Shown here: in pieces, positions 63,751-64,000 of the stretch
Numbering within the stretch: position 1 is the stretch's first letter
Layout of the letters: every line of letters begins with the position of its first letter
From: an uncultured virus (IMG/VR IMGVR_UViG_3300017989_000063)
Taxonomy: Duplodnaviria > Heunggongvirae > Uroviricota > Caudoviricetes
Virus record (IMG/VR): IMGVR_UViG_3300017989_000063
Length of the DNA: 64,000 bases
Direction: 5' to 3' (one strand)
Program-made: the position numbers and the translations under genes
The notes under the pieces: model-generated
The model's input: the letters and a program-made list of their open reading frames with translations, nothing else
Databases searched by the model: none
Told to the model about the DNA's origin: nothing

Positions 63751-64000
63751 CGCTTCACCACCATGAAGCGTCCCCACTGGCCGCCCTTCTCCGGGCGGTT
63801 CTCGAGGACACCGACACCGAAGCCCGCGCGGTCGAGCAGGTGGGTCAGCTGGTTGGGCTTGATGAGGGAGGGGTCGTACTCGATGGTGACGTCCGCCTCC
63901 CACTCGGCGAACTCGCACCGGAAGCGGAGGTCGGACTTGCCCATGCCGATGGTGACGTTGTCCTCGCGCATCGTCGGCGGGTTCTTGCTCTGGATGGTGA
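63747..64000 (-). CDS. RAMP/Cas7-like protein, C-terminal part (5'-truncated)
   Basis: Frame open to the window edge; ends with beta strands, a helix and the Gly-rich loop AGFGVGVLENRPEKGGQWGRFMV, matching the RAMP C-terminal G-loop pattern. Confidence 0.7.
   Translation of the reverse strand, partial: TIQSKNPPTMREDNVTIGMGKSDLRFRCEFAEWEADVTIEYDPSLIKPNQLTHLLDRAGFGVGVLENRPEKGGQWGRFMVVKR

Noticed and set aside
63241..63918. 225-aa version of the accessory ORF
   Set aside because: The first 56 codons overlap the RAMP-like gene in another frame; the ATGA junction at 63747-63750 marks the likely start.
1..64000. Prophage integration module, DGR/retron, or alternative genetic code
   Set aside because: No integrase or reverse transcriptase motif seen; genes are intact under the standard code and end in all three stop codons.

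Overview
GC-rich, densely coding segment of a large contractile-tailed (myo-type, probably jumbo) bacteriophage; no integrase, rRNA or host housekeeping genes seen. 1-10.6 kb: + strand virion module (very large tail sheath running in from the left edge, beta-helix/fibre-like proteins, tail tube, DUF5661 protein, putative head-internal proteins sharing an F-x-DEL-x-KIA motif, permuted papain-like amidase). ~10.8-11.1 kb: divergent Arc/RHH-like repressor beside palindromic operators. 11.1-59.1 kb: over 100 tightly overlapping, mostly small + strand genes, including two DNA methyltransferases, radical SAM, PAPS-reductase-like, HD hydrolase, SLOG, Rrf2, DinG helicase, AAA+ ATPase, metallophosphoesterase, dCMP deaminase, DUF2130 and NADAR, punctuated by a recurring CC-N-G-S-TATAAG promoter-like motif. 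59.2-64 kb: - strand block with an HNH endonuclease and the main finding, a RAMP/Cas7-like gene (cut by the right edge) coupled to an accessory gene and followed by a ~1.8 kb non-coding array of ~30 units. Each unit is a GGCCGTC anchor plus degenerate (GGY-NN) pentamers, and unit lengths step by ~5 nt. This looks like a non-CRISPR RNA-guided system (VIPR-like). All protein calls come from motif recognition by eye, not database searches.
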